From positions 52,180 through 116,179 of the IMG/VR virus record IMGVR_UViG_3300025840_000015: 64,000 nt of DNA. One strand, 5' to 3'. Below are positions 1 through 8,705 of the stretch, in pieces. The position numbers and the translations under genes are program-made. Positions within the stretch are counted from its first letter, which is position 1. Every line of letters begins with the position of its first letter. The notes beneath the pieces were generated by a model. That model was given only the letters and a program-made list of their open reading frames with translations. It did not search any database and was not told where the DNA came from. The stretch comes from a virus.

Positions 1-221
1 ATAGGACTTTGAGGATTTTTGTGGGCACGAAAAATTTTTTGAATCGAGAAGCGTTTTATATTTACTTCGCGATCGTAACACTTTATAGATTAGGGTAGTT
101 AGGGGTTTTATATACGGGGGGGGCATGGATCGGATCATCGGCGCCCCGCCCGCGCGGGGCACTGTGTTTTACGAAGATTGGGGCGGCAGGGTATAAAGAA
201 CTGCCGCCCGCTAAGTGTAAC

Positions 222-641
222 TTAGAGTCCGAACTTTTCCCGACAGATAGGACCGATTCCTAACTCTATTGAAAGAGGGTTAGTTAGTTCACGAGCGCAA
301 CACGAGCAGGTGCCAGTATTCTGCCCGTAAAGTTTAGCGGCAGAGTAAGGATCAGCGGCGACGGATTGCACCCGTTTGATTAGATCAACCTCACCCAGAT
401 TAGTGGCGTTAGAAGTGATCCAACCCAGATAAATGTTGCTCATTGTGCCCCACTGATTAACCTCTTTATCGTGAGAAAAAACATACATTTTTCCCTGATA
501 TTTCGAGGGTTTAACTATAAAGTCTTGGAATCGCATTGTGATTCGCTTAAGACCGCGATTCTGTGCCTCTTCAATTGCATTAATGATCCCGCTAAAGTTA
601 TGGGCGGGAATGGCATTGTGGCGGATGATGGGATGGCGCAT
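222..641 (-). CDS. DUF6011-like Zn-finger protein (early region)
   Basis: C-terminal GxCxxCARELTNPxSIxxGIGPIC motif. Confidence 0.7.
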   Translation of the reverse strand: MRHPIIRHNAIPAHNFSGIINAIEEAQNRGLKRITMRFQDFIVKPSKYQGKMYVFSHDKEVNQWGTMSNIYLGWITSNATNLGEVDLIKRVQSVAADPYSAAKLYGQNTGTCSCCARELTNPLSIELGIGPICREKFGL

Positions 642-736
642 GATGCTTACCGGTGGTTTGGTTGGTGCGGGTTCTGCCCCGCGTGATCTAATGGTAAAGA
701 GTAAGGGGGGGAGAATGCCCCCCCGTTAACATTAGT

Positions 737-1036
737 TCACACTCCCAGGAACCGGGCGATCCGCTCACGCTTGCGAAGCGGCAGGAGGCGTTTGTAGGAA
801 ACAAAGGAGCGGCGCCCAATGCTGTATTCATAGCGGCGCACCATCCCTTGTGCCGCCATCTCCTTAAGAAGGATGGAAACGGTGGTGCGTGCCTCCTTGG
901 GCATCCCCAGCGCCCGGTTGATCTCAGAGGGTCCAAGACCGTGGCGGGTTTTGTCCCCATCCATCGGCAGAACCGACAGGATCGCCCATTGGTAGGTTGC
1001 GCCGAATGCCTTGCGATCGGTGATGGTGGTGAACAT
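737..1036 (-). CDS. putative winged-helix DNA-binding protein
   Basis: LGPSEINRALGMPKEARTTVSILLKEMAAQGMV HTH-like pattern followed by a basic beta-wing. Confidence 0.55.
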   Translation of the reverse strand: MFTTITDRKAFGATYQWAILSVLPMDGDKTRHGLGPSEINRALGMPKEARTTVSILLKEMAAQGMVRRYEYSIGRRSFVSYKRLLPLRKRERIARFLGV

Positions 1037-1094
1037 GGTTCAGTGGTGGTGAACGACCCCCATAAATTACCGGATCCACAGGAACCTGCCAACG

Positions 1095-1130
1095 TGGGGT
1101 TGTGACACCTTTAGGATTGGCACAACCCCA
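1095..1130. promoter_or_regulatory. early-promoter palindrome GTGACA-N10-TGGCAC inside a longer inverted repeat; ~12 related copies up to 18,388
   Basis: tggggttgtgaca...tggcacaacccca lies ~32 bp upstream of a minus-strand -10 box (TAATTT, 1064-1069). Confidence 0.7.
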
Positions 1131-1134
1131 GTTT

Positions 1135-1330
1135 GTATAAAGAATAAAACAAGGATTGCAAGATATAAAGAATAAGACAGGACTGAATGTAAAGAATAAA
1201 CCACACCACTGACCAATAGTTTACATTCAATCCTGTGTTATTCTTTATACTCAGAGAAAATATAAAGAATAAAGAACTGATTAGGATTCATTCTTTATTC
1301 TTTATACTCAGTGTTAAGTATAAAGATTAA
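1135..1330. repeat. cluster of TATAAAGAATAA repeats in both orientations with nested inverted repeats
   Basis: about 7 copies within 200 bp of non-coding DNA. Confidence 0.8.
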
Positions 1331-1333
1331 GAT

Positions 1334-1444
1334 TTATTTCTTTTTCCTCCTTTTGTTTGCTGATTGTTTCTTCGGTGTTAGAATGTTCTTAAACCTTTTA
1401 TCAGGACGTGATTTACCATCCCGATGAATCCATTTGTTTGCCAT
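1334..1444 (-). CDS. 36-aa highly basic peptide (MANKWIHRDGKSRPDKRFK...KRRKKK)
   Basis: manual translation; co-oriented with neighbours. Confidence 0.45.
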   Translation of the reverse strand: MANKWIHRDGKSRPDKRFKNILTPKKQSANKRRKKK

Positions 1445-1449
1445 GTTCT

Positions 1450-1614
1450 TTATACAAACTGTGCAGGTGAACCACAAGACTGATAGAATCTAATCATTCT
1501 CTCTGCCTCTTCCTTTGTAGTGAAAGATTGTGTTCGCCATTGGCATTCATTATATGGTGATATGTATTTAATTGTGAAACCAATTGAATTAATTTGTTTT
1601 TGATTGTTGTTCAT
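1450..1614 (-). CDS. 54-aa hypothetical protein
   Basis: manual translation MNNNQK...WRTQSFTTKEEAERMIRFYQSCGSPAQFV; TACAAT -10 box upstream. Confidence 0.55.
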   Translation of the reverse strand: MNNNQKQINSIGFTIKYISPYNECQWRTQSFTTKEEAERMIRFYQSCGSPAQFV

Positions 1615-1701
1615 TGTTTGGTGTTTGTTTTAATGTTGTTTTATTGTATTGTGCGCACACATCTCGTCGAGATTCTGTATGCGCACATCTCGTCGAGATT
1701 T

Positions 1702-1836
1702 CTATACTTCCTCAACCTCCAATCCAAGGAGTTGATCAACAGTAACCTCCAAAAGTGCTGCCAATTCTTCATCACTCATCCATGTGATGTCGATCGGCAT
1801 TTCTTCGATCTGTGCGGTGGTGGTGAAGTGATCCAT
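1702..1836 (-). CDS. 44-aa acidic hypothetical protein
   Basis: manual translation MDHFTTTAQIEEMPIDITWMSDEEL...; follows a hairpin leader. Confidence 0.5.
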   Translation of the reverse strand: MDHFTTTAQIEEMPIDITWMSDEELAALLEVTVDQLLGLEVEEV

Positions 1837-1922
1837 GGTTTCTGGTGGTGGTGCGGGTTCCTGTCCCGCTTGCTCTAATGGTAAAGGGTAATGGGGGCGT
1901 TGCCGCCCCCCTGGCAGACGGT

Positions 1923-2132
1923 TCAGCGATTGGCACGACGGCGGCGGATCTCATCGCCATAGGTGTGCGCCTCATCGTCGTAACGACCCTCAGCGATGGG
2001 GTTCCATCCCCGCATTGCCTCAGCGGCGCGGCGGGCATCCTGGGCGCTCCAGAGCAGCGCCTCATCGCTCATGCTCTTGGCACGTGCCTCCCAAGTGGCG
2101 AAATCAGCGGCGGTGGCGTAAGTGGCGATCAT
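1923..2132 (-). CDS. hypothetical early protein (start MIATYATAADF)
   Basis: ORF track 1923..2279, trimmed to the ATG downstream of the TACAAT -10 box. Confidence 0.6.
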   Translation of the reverse strand: MIATYATAADFATWEARAKSMSDEALLWSAQDARRAAEAMRGWNPIAEGRYDDEAHTYGDEIRRRRANR

Positions 2133-2271
2133 GGTCCGGTGGTGTGAACTGCGATAATTGTAGCAGATAATTGGGGGGGGAGAGAGGAGGAGATCGATCG
2201 AATCCCCATTGTGACGATTTATGAACAGTCCACCGATTGTCTGATTCTGGCGCCGGGCGCGTGTAGAATAA

Positions 2272-2332
2272 GGGGACAATCAGATGAGGGGTGGGGTAAC
2301 CCCGTTGATGAAATGGTCGCCACGCCCCCTGC
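2272..2332 (+). ncRNA. candidate small structured RNA, copy 1
   Basis: homologous to 4441-4503; preceded by TAGAAT and the palindromic early motif. Confidence 0.4.
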
Positions 2333-2459
2333 GCAATTTTATTTGCGAACAATTGTGAAATGTGTTGACCCGACCGGATCCCCTATGCTAGGATTGGGGT
2401 AGAACCTTTTGTATGTTACGGATTGTTAAAGAAAGGGGGCGTTGCCGCCCCGTTGTGGT

Positions 2460-2747
2460 TCAATGGAAAAAGTCGTAAGGCGTTTGCTCTGTCGGATCAT
2501 ATCCCTCCCAGAGCATTGCTACAGTGCTAGCAATGCTGCGCTCTGCCTTCCAGCAGTCTAGGATGACATCCAGTGCCCAACCGTCATCAAGGGTGGCAGG
2601 GGGGCATTCCTGCGCCTCCACAGCATCCCAGAACTCTCCAAAGGACTCATCCTGCCAGCAGGATTCGGAATCCAGCGCCATGCGCCGGTTGTATTCTTGG
2701 CGCTCTTGGCGCTCCATCTCTGCAAGGGTGCTGTTGTGAAAATCCAT
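2460..2747 (-). CDS. acidic hypothetical early protein
   Basis: ORF track, trimmed to MDFHNS. Confidence 0.6.
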   Translation of the reverse strand: MDFHNSTLAEMERQERQEYNRRMALDSESCWQDESFGEFWDAVEAQECPPATLDDGWALDVILDCWKAERSIASTVAMLWEGYDPTEQTPYDFFH

Positions 2748-3085
2748 GGTTCCGGTGTGGTGCGGTTTGCTTTGAAAGTATAGAGGCAAAGGGAGCAGGG
2801 GTCAACCTGCCCCCCGTAGGGATCAGACCGTCTGATCCTTAATGGCATCATGTACCTCTCCCAGCATGTCATACCAACGGGTTAGACCTTTTTGACCCAT
2901 TTCGTGCCCTTTGGCGGACAGGAGCGCGATTCGGATCGTATCCCAATCGCCTGCGGCAAGGGTGACGGTTTTGTTTTTGGTGGTGGTGGTGCTCATCAGT
3001 CTCGGGTGTGGTGCGGGTTCCTGTCCCGCTTGAGCATATCCTACATCAGAAGGGGGGATCCGTCATCCCCCCCAGTGGACGGTGG

Positions 3086-3748
3086 TCAGACCGTCACAAT
3101 CCTGTCTGCCTTTTTCTTTGCTGTTCCATGCGACGGAAAACATACAATAACGTTACGGTCGGAGTTAGCACAAATGCCGCAAGTTGCACATGTAACATTA
3201 TCATGAATCTTTGCAGGGCAGACTACACATTTGCGACCGTTGGTTGTTGTGAAGAACCGGCGCGATTCTGTGGAGGGAACAACAGCAACGGCAGGGATTC
3301 CGTGCTCTGTCATCACTTTATCAGCAACCTCTACAGACTCACAGGATGCAGAGATTGTGAAACCTTTGCTGTTTGCTTCCTTGATAATTTCAAGGTTCTC
3401 AGTGTTGAGAACGTGGTGAGTGTAAGTGTAACCTTTGCGCCCTTTGTTTGCTGCCACCAGATCAGCAACACTGGCGCGATCGATGTTCCCATCAACATGG
3501 GGCAGATCACCGGATACGTTGTGGCGCCAGATCTGACCGCGTGCAATCCGGCGAACCTTAGAGAGGAATTCCTCCCATACAATGCCGGTTTCGGATACCT
3601 TGCGCCATGCCGCGCCCTGGAAGTGGAATTTGGCGTAGCACGCTTCCGCCATGGGGCAGGTAGCGGGGCAGGATGCCTGTTCAGTGGTGCTGGCAGGGAT
3701 CCTGCCAAGTTGGGCGTTGCTGCTGGCGGGGTTGAAAGAGACGCGCAT
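3086..3748 (-). CDS. GP88-like Cys-rich protein (possible radical-SAM-like Fe-S protein)
   Basis: SCPATCPMAEACYA, RHNVSGDL, YTYTH, CPA...CATCGIC...HG motifs. Confidence 0.55.
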   Translation of the reverse strand: MRVSFNPASSNAQLGRIPASTTEQASCPATCPMAEACYAKFHFQGAAWRKVSETGIVWEEFLSKVRRIARGQIWRHNVSGDLPHVDGNIDRASVADLVAANKGRKGYTYTHHVLNTENLEIIKEANSKGFTISASCESVEVADKVMTEHGIPAVAVVPSTESRRFFTTTNGRKCVVCPAKIHDNVTCATCGICANSDRNVIVCFPSHGTAKKKADRIVTV

Positions 3749-3818
3749 TGGTGTGGTTGCGACTGATCAAACAATAACAGGGGGGAGAGCGCCTGCCAAC
3801 CCCCCTAGTGGACGGTTA

Positions 3819-4298
3819 TCAGATCGCCACACCATCCTGGCGAAGGCGATCCACAAGACGGGATGCCATGGCGCCACAATGGGGGCACTTTGTGGCGTAT
3901 TTGATCTCTGATTTAATTTTATGATCTTTCACCCGTGCGAACTTATAACGATAAACTTTGCTAAGTGTAAGCATTGCCTGCCTTTTTGTAATGTCGTTTT
4001 CATCAATCTCACGGTAGATTGTCACCAGATTGTGATAGGACAGGGTAGGATTACGGCGGATTTGATTCAATCGTGAAACTGCAAGTTTGGCGAATACTGC
4101 ATCACCAGTAGTTTCAGTGACTACATCAATCAGATAATCGTGAAAAGCAATAAGTTCTTCTTCTTTCTTTTGCTGCTGTTCTTTCTGTTCTTCCTCTTTC
4201 TTGATTGATTCGATCTGGGAGGTAATTTCCCGGAAAGATTCCACGAACTGCTTCTGCAGTTCGTTCAGGTTTGCGGTGAGAGTTTGGAGGTCGCTCAT
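3819..4298 (-). CDS. hypothetical coiled-coil protein with a C-terminal CPHC
   Basis: ORF track, trimmed to MSDLQ. Confidence 0.6.
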   Translation of the reverse strand: MSDLQTLTANLNELQKQFVESFREITSQIESIKKEEEQKEQQQKKEEELIAFHDYLIDVVTETTGDAVFAKLAVSRLNQIRRNPTLSYHNLVTIYREIDENDITKRQAMLTLSKVYRYKFARVKDHKIKSEIKYATKCPHCGAMASRLVDRLRQDGVAI

Positions 4299-4440
4299 TG
4301 TTCTGGGTTGGGGTGGAATCGGATCCGTTTGTCCGATGGGCACAGTATGCCCCGGCAAGACGGGGCAGATCAACCAACCCTGTGCCACTACCAGAACCGT
4401 CCACAAGGGCGTTGTAAGGTCTTAAAATGCTCTATTGTAT

Positions 4441-4503
4441 GGGGACAATCGAAAGAGGGGAGGGGTATCCCTGTAGACGACAATACATCGCCACCGCCCC
4501 TGC
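4441..4503 (+). ncRNA. candidate small structured RNA, copy 2
   Basis: homologous to 2272-2332; preceded by TATTGT and the palindromic early motif. Confidence 0.4.
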
Positions 4504-4703
4504 CATAAAATAATTGTTTCAATATGTTAAAAAAAAGGATCCCGCACCACCAGGATCCTCTAGACTCCAATCACCAGATACGCTATACCCATATTTTATC
4601 TTAACGTTCTCGCAGAGTGACTTTTTTTTTCTTTACAATGTGGGCAAACTCCTTCCCACACGGATAACTTTATTTTAGAGAGGCAAATCCCTTCCTCTTA
4701 AGA

Positions 4704-4898
4704 TTATTGTATCATCCAATGTGGGTCATTGTCAAGTGCAACCCAGAAAAAGTTACGATTGTTTGCACTTCTTAAGAATAGTTTGTTGTTCACGATTTGT
4801 TCAATAATGCATACAGAATCGCGTGCCATTAAATTGGCGAATCTGTTTTTTGCTTTTGATGAAATCGGTTTGACTTGAATGGTTTCCATGATGTCCAT
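4704..4898 (-). CDS. conserved cyanophage hypothetical protein
   Basis: VKPISSKAKNRFANLM...FFWV..DNDPHW. Confidence 0.65.
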   Translation of the reverse strand: MDIMETIQVKPISSKAKNRFANLMARDSVCIIEQIVNNKLFLRSANNRNFFWVALDNDPHWMIQ

Positions 4899-4992
4899 TG
4901 CAATGTGTTCATTATAATGGATGGTGATAATCTCGTCGAGATTGTGTGTGCCAATTGTTATGGTGTCACAATCTCGACGAGATCCTTTTAGA

Positions 4993-5214
4993 TCACTGCT
5001 TGACGAGAGTCAGTTGATTCTCACGCAGTGCATTGTTGAAAAACTTACCAACGCTACCATCAGAATTGATGGTTTCCGTCAGAGTCGAAATAAACTGTTC
5101 TGCATTAACCACACCGTAGGTATAGTCTCGACCACCAGTAAAGGTGACGGTCACTTGATCATCGACAACATCAGAGATAGATTCGATGGCGGAAGAAGTG
5201 AACTTAGGGAACAT
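4993..5214 (-). CDS. KTSC-like small protein
   Basis: SSAIESI...VTFTGGRDYTYGV...SVGKFFN. Confidence 0.6.
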   Translation of the reverse strand: MFPKFTSSAIESISDVVDDQVTVTFTGGRDYTYGVVNAEQFISTLTETINSDGSVGKFFNNALRENQLTLVKQ

Positions 5215-5285
5215 GATTTAGAATTGTGTAAAGGAACAGATGGAGTCTTTAGGGCGCTGCCGTTCCCTGTGTGATCAGTCTAGCA

Positions 5286-5468
5286 TCAGAACTCGATGGT
5301 GTCTAGTGTAGGACAAACAGTTTCGCCAGATTCACAAGTGTCACTCCCATCACAGAGAACATCAAGAATTCGAAGGATTTCTGATCCATTGGAACCTTTG
5401 CGGAGTGCGTGGATGTAAAGTTCTTTAGTCATTGTTGCCTTTGGTTGACTCTGTAATTCTAAGGGCAT
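5286..5468 (-). CDS. hypothetical protein (probable start MTKEL)
   Basis: ORF track. Confidence 0.5.
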   Translation of the reverse strand: MPLELQSQPKATMTKELYIHALRKGSNGSEILRILDVLCDGSDTCESGETVCPTLDTIEF

Positions 5469-5502
5469 GGCGGGGACATTGCTGCCCCCCTTGTGCCACT
5501 GC

Positions 5503-6009
5503 TCAGACTGTCATAAGGAGAGCAGGTTGTTCTGTAACGAAATCATACTCTTGGGTGTTAGTGTCACCCCAACCCAGTTTCCAACACTGCCATCCCAAAC
5601 CAGGAGTAAACAGATAGCACCATTCCTCTCCACAATCACCTGAGAGAAACTCATCGAAGTTGCTCATCCTAGGAGGAGCATCTTCACCTCGCTCACTATA
5701 ATACAGTGGAGCAGGTTTTGCTTTTACTGGAGAATAGACCCACTGTTCATTATCAGTGGTGATATATTCTACAGTTCTGTTACCCTCAGAATCATAGATC
5801 TCTTTTTTGAGAGGAACAGAATCCCAACGATGTGTGGTGTGCAACTGCCCCATATCACCACCGTTGATGAGTTCTTCTACCTGTTCTTTATACAGGTAGT
5901 TGTCAATAAGTTGGCGACCATTGTGTTGAATGTAACCATCATAATGACAGTAAACACTAATGATTTGATCGGGTCCGAGAGCAAGACCGATGCGAGAGCG
6001 AGTTCCCAT
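5503..6009 (-). CDS. conserved phage hypothetical protein (MGTRSRIG...YCHYDGY family)
   Basis: N-terminal motif typical of T4-like phage early proteins. Confidence 0.7.
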   Translation of the reverse strand: MGTRSRIGLALGPDQIISVYCHYDGYIQHNGRQLIDNYLYKEQVEELINGGDMGQLHTTHRWDSVPLKKEIYDSEGNRTVEYITTDNEQWVYSPVKAKPAPLYYSERGEDAPPRMSNFDEFLSGDCGEEWCYLFTPGLGWQCWKLGWGDTNTQEYDFVTEQPALLMTV

Positions 6010-6075
6010 GGTGTGTTGGGTGAACTGAGATCAGTGTAGCAGGTTTGGGGGATGCTGTCATCCCCCTGTCAGGAA

Positions 6076-6252
6076 TCAGTAACTCAGATCCTCCAGATAT
6101 TCTGTGAAGATTTCTGACACTTCATCCCATTGGGCGTCCGTCAGAAAACCGCACTGATCCTCCATCCAGTTGGAAACCATAGACCAGTCTGCATCCATCT
6201 CTTGGATGAACTGGGGCAGGGACTGGAGAGCACTGATGAAATTAGAAGTCAT
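6076..6252 (-). CDS. 58-aa acidic hypothetical protein
   Basis: manual translation MTSNFISALQSLPQFIQEMDADW... Confidence 0.55.
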   Translation of the reverse strand: MTSNFISALQSLPQFIQEMDADWSMVSNWMEDQCGFLTDAQWDEVSEIFTEYLEDLSY

Positions 6253-6365
6253 GGTCGGAGTTGAGTTCCTGTTGAAAGTCTAGCATGGATTCCTGCATTT
6301 CGGGGATGTCGAAGATCTCACCCGGAGAATCCATGATCTCATTCCAGAGATCAGTGTCGATCAGA

Positions 6366-6560
6366 TCAAATTCCATGAAGATTCTTAAGGTCTTGGATGG
6401 TGTGAGAGAGACCTGCCTTGCAGTATCCTACAGCATATGGGTAGGAACAGTCAAGATCACAGTCAGGTTTTGTTAGGTCTTGGGGACGTGCTGAGTATAG
6501 AACTTTTTGCATCCATTCCAGTTCCTGAATGATTTTTTCCAGTTTGGTTTTGTCGGTCAT
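6366..6560 (-). CDS. hypothetical protein
   Basis: ORF track; YPYAVGY motif. Confidence 0.6.
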   Translation of the reverse strand: MTDKTKLEKIIQELEWMQKVLYSARPQDLTKPDCDLDCSYPYAVGYCKAGLSHTIQDLKNLHGI

Positions 6561-7354
6561 TGGAGTTGGGTTCCGAACAAACGAATCATCTCACGGATTC
6601 CGGAGGGATGCAACGTGCCAGTGGACAGTCTATAAAGTGTCACCTGCGATAGGGAGAACTCCACCATTTGCGGTATGCAGTGTAAAGAATCACTGCAGTC
6701 GAAACGATACCGACCAGACCCAGAACTGTCACAGGGTCGCCGGAGAAATCATAAGTGTCTGGCATAATGAATCAAAAAAACGGATCAACTTCGCGAATTG
6801 TAACATCAACTTCCTCTCCACCTTCAAGACCTAAAAGGTCTCTCCAGTCGAGTTTGTCAATGTCCAGATCATCATAACATGCAATGTCAAGTGTGACTGT
6901 GACTAAACGCTTTTGTGCTAGCATGTGTCTTATGAGTATTGTTGATGTATTGTATCATGCATAATGCTTATATGCAAGATCCTGATAGTCATTGTCACAC
7001 CTATCATAATCCTCATCATTGTCGTCATAAGACTCAAGACGAGAATAATGTTCGTAGTATGAGTCTTCGTCAAGACAATGATCATTGATGGTGATGTAGT
7101 CGAGATCGTAGTCGTCGTACATAACTCGTCGAGATTCTACTGTTTACTTGTGTATTGTAGCATGATTCTCGTCGAGATACAACTAATTGCCTGATATATT
7201 CTCGTCGAGATCTCATACCATATATGTATAAAAACGTCAAGGAATTGTGTGGATTTGCAAATTTTTATGTCTGGATGTGAAGATTTTTGCCGGGCGCTTG
7301 ACATTTTCGGCGTCTTGTGATAGTGCGCACGCCAAACTCACAAGACCTGGGCAC

Positions 7355-7464
7355 ATTACCATAAGATATAAGAGTTATTACCATAAGATACCAGGCACAT
7401 TACCATAAGATATAAGAACCATTATCATAAGATATAAAAGTTATTATCATAAGATATAAGAGTT
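7355..7464. repeat. five direct repeats ATTAYCATAAGATA at exact 22-bp period (iteron-like)
   Basis: starts at 7355, 7377, 7399, 7421, 7443; followed by an AT-rich tract. Confidence 0.9.
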
Positions 7465-7595
7465 CAAAACCCTTTATTTATACAATTTAACTTCATTTTA
7501 ATCTCTTATATCCTGATTTCAACAAAAAATGCCCAAAAAAGCACTGTTACAATATAAATTACATACATACAATACAGTTAAACACTATTGCCCCA

Positions 7596-8300
7596 ATGTC
7601 AGGCGCCATTTACCTCATAATCAACAAACAAAATGGACACAAATACATAGGAAAAACCACAGATTCAATAGATTCTGCCTGGAAAGAGCATATTATCCTA
7701 TCAAATCGTATGGATAGGAATCCACTACATCTTGCTCTTCGTAAGTATAAACCTCACATGTTTTTACTTAAACCAATAGAGGATGTAGATAATAATTTAG
7801 ATGAAAGATATGATTATTGGTTAGATAGATATAATCCAGAATACAATTCTAACTCCTTTACTGATGAGAATACTGAAGTTAAAACAATTGAAGTAAAGAA
7901 AGAAATAGTTTCTACCCCCAAAAAGAAGTCTAAAAGACCAGAAAAAACCAAGGGATACACAATACAAGGTATGAATCTGGCAACTGGTGAGATTAGAACA
8001 TGGGAATCTGCCAGGGAGGCAGCACGTGATATTACTGGTGATGCAAAGAAGAATTCAAATATATTACGATGTGCTCGTAATGGATATAAGTATTATGATC
8101 ATGTATGGAAAATTATTGAAGACTTTAGATTCAGAAAAGTGAAGGCGGTAAATAGAAAAACATGGCAGGAATTTCACTTTGACAATATAGCAGATGTATT
8201 TAAAAAGACCGGTGTTAAAAGAGATCCACGTTTAAAGAAAGTATTAGAAAGTAATGGTAGATTAACATGGAAAGGATATATGTGGTTCTATACGGAGTAA
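7596..8300 (+). CDS. GIY-YIG homing endonuclease with NUMOD1-like C-terminal repeats
   Basis: GAIYLIINKQNGHKYIGKT...YN; C-terminal WESAREAA...ILRCA...WK modules. Confidence 0.8.
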   Translation: MSGAIYLIINKQNGHKYIGKTTDSIDSAWKEHIILSNRMDRNPLHLALRKYKPHMFLLKPIEDVDNNLDERYDYWLDRYNPEYNSNSFTDENTEVKTIEVKKEIVSTPKKKSKRPEKTKGYTIQGMNLATGEIRTWESAREAARDITGDAKKNSNILRCARNGYKYYDHVWKIIEDFRFRKVKAVNRKTWQEFHFDNIADVFKKTGVKRDPRLKKVLESNGRLTWKGYMWFYTE

Positions 8301-8304
8301 ACAA

Positions 8305-8475
8305 ATGAAACGCCCATTAAACACATGTTTTGATTGCGACTATACATGGTATCCACGTGGTCATTATATAAGTAAACACTGTCCCCATTGTGGTTCTAAT
8401 AACGTAGGCATACAATACATACAAATAATCCCACTACTGTTAATAGTGGGACTACTGTTGTTTATTTTAATTTAA
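8305..8475 (+). CDS. 56-aa zinc-ribbon protein with a C-terminal membrane anchor
   Basis: manual translation: CFDC...CPHCGS, then IIPLLLIVGLLLFILI. Confidence 0.55.
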   Translation: MKRPLNTCFDCDYTWYPRGHYISKHCPHCGSNNVGIQYIQIIPLLLIVGLLLFILI

Positions 8476-8477
8476 TT

Positions 8478-8705
8478 TCAATCCTCGAACCTTTCGTTCC
8501 ATTTACCATGAAACTTTTGCATAATACCCTCAATCATTTTGTGCCTTTTGGAAAGATATGATTCTGGGTCCATGTTATGCAGTTCGGTGATATTACCAAA
8601 TGAAAAGAACATAGAATCCAGTGTATGACACATGATCTCATTCATAATCTCATGTTCTTCAACAGTAAATGTGAGCGCAATGTCATGCTCTTTCATGGTC
8701 TTCAT
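8478..8705 (-). CDS. hypothetical protein
   Basis: ORF track. Confidence 0.55.
   Translation of the reverse strand: MKTMKEHDIALTFTVEEHEIMNEIMCHTLDSMFFSFGNITELHNMDPESYLSKRHKMIEGIMQKFHGKWNERFED

Noticed and set aside
2272-2332. Hammerhead ribozyme (TTGATGA resembles CUGAUGA)
   Set aside because: Core not conserved in copy 2 and no correctly placed GAAA/NUH
7355-7464. CRISPR or TIGR-like array
   Set aside because: Period is only 22 bp, the 8-nt gaps are partly repeated, and no Cas or Nop-domain gene is recognisable
8429-8453. Terminator tcccacta...tagtggga
   Set aside because: Lies within the TM-coding part of the 8305-8475 ORF; a dual role is possible but unsupported
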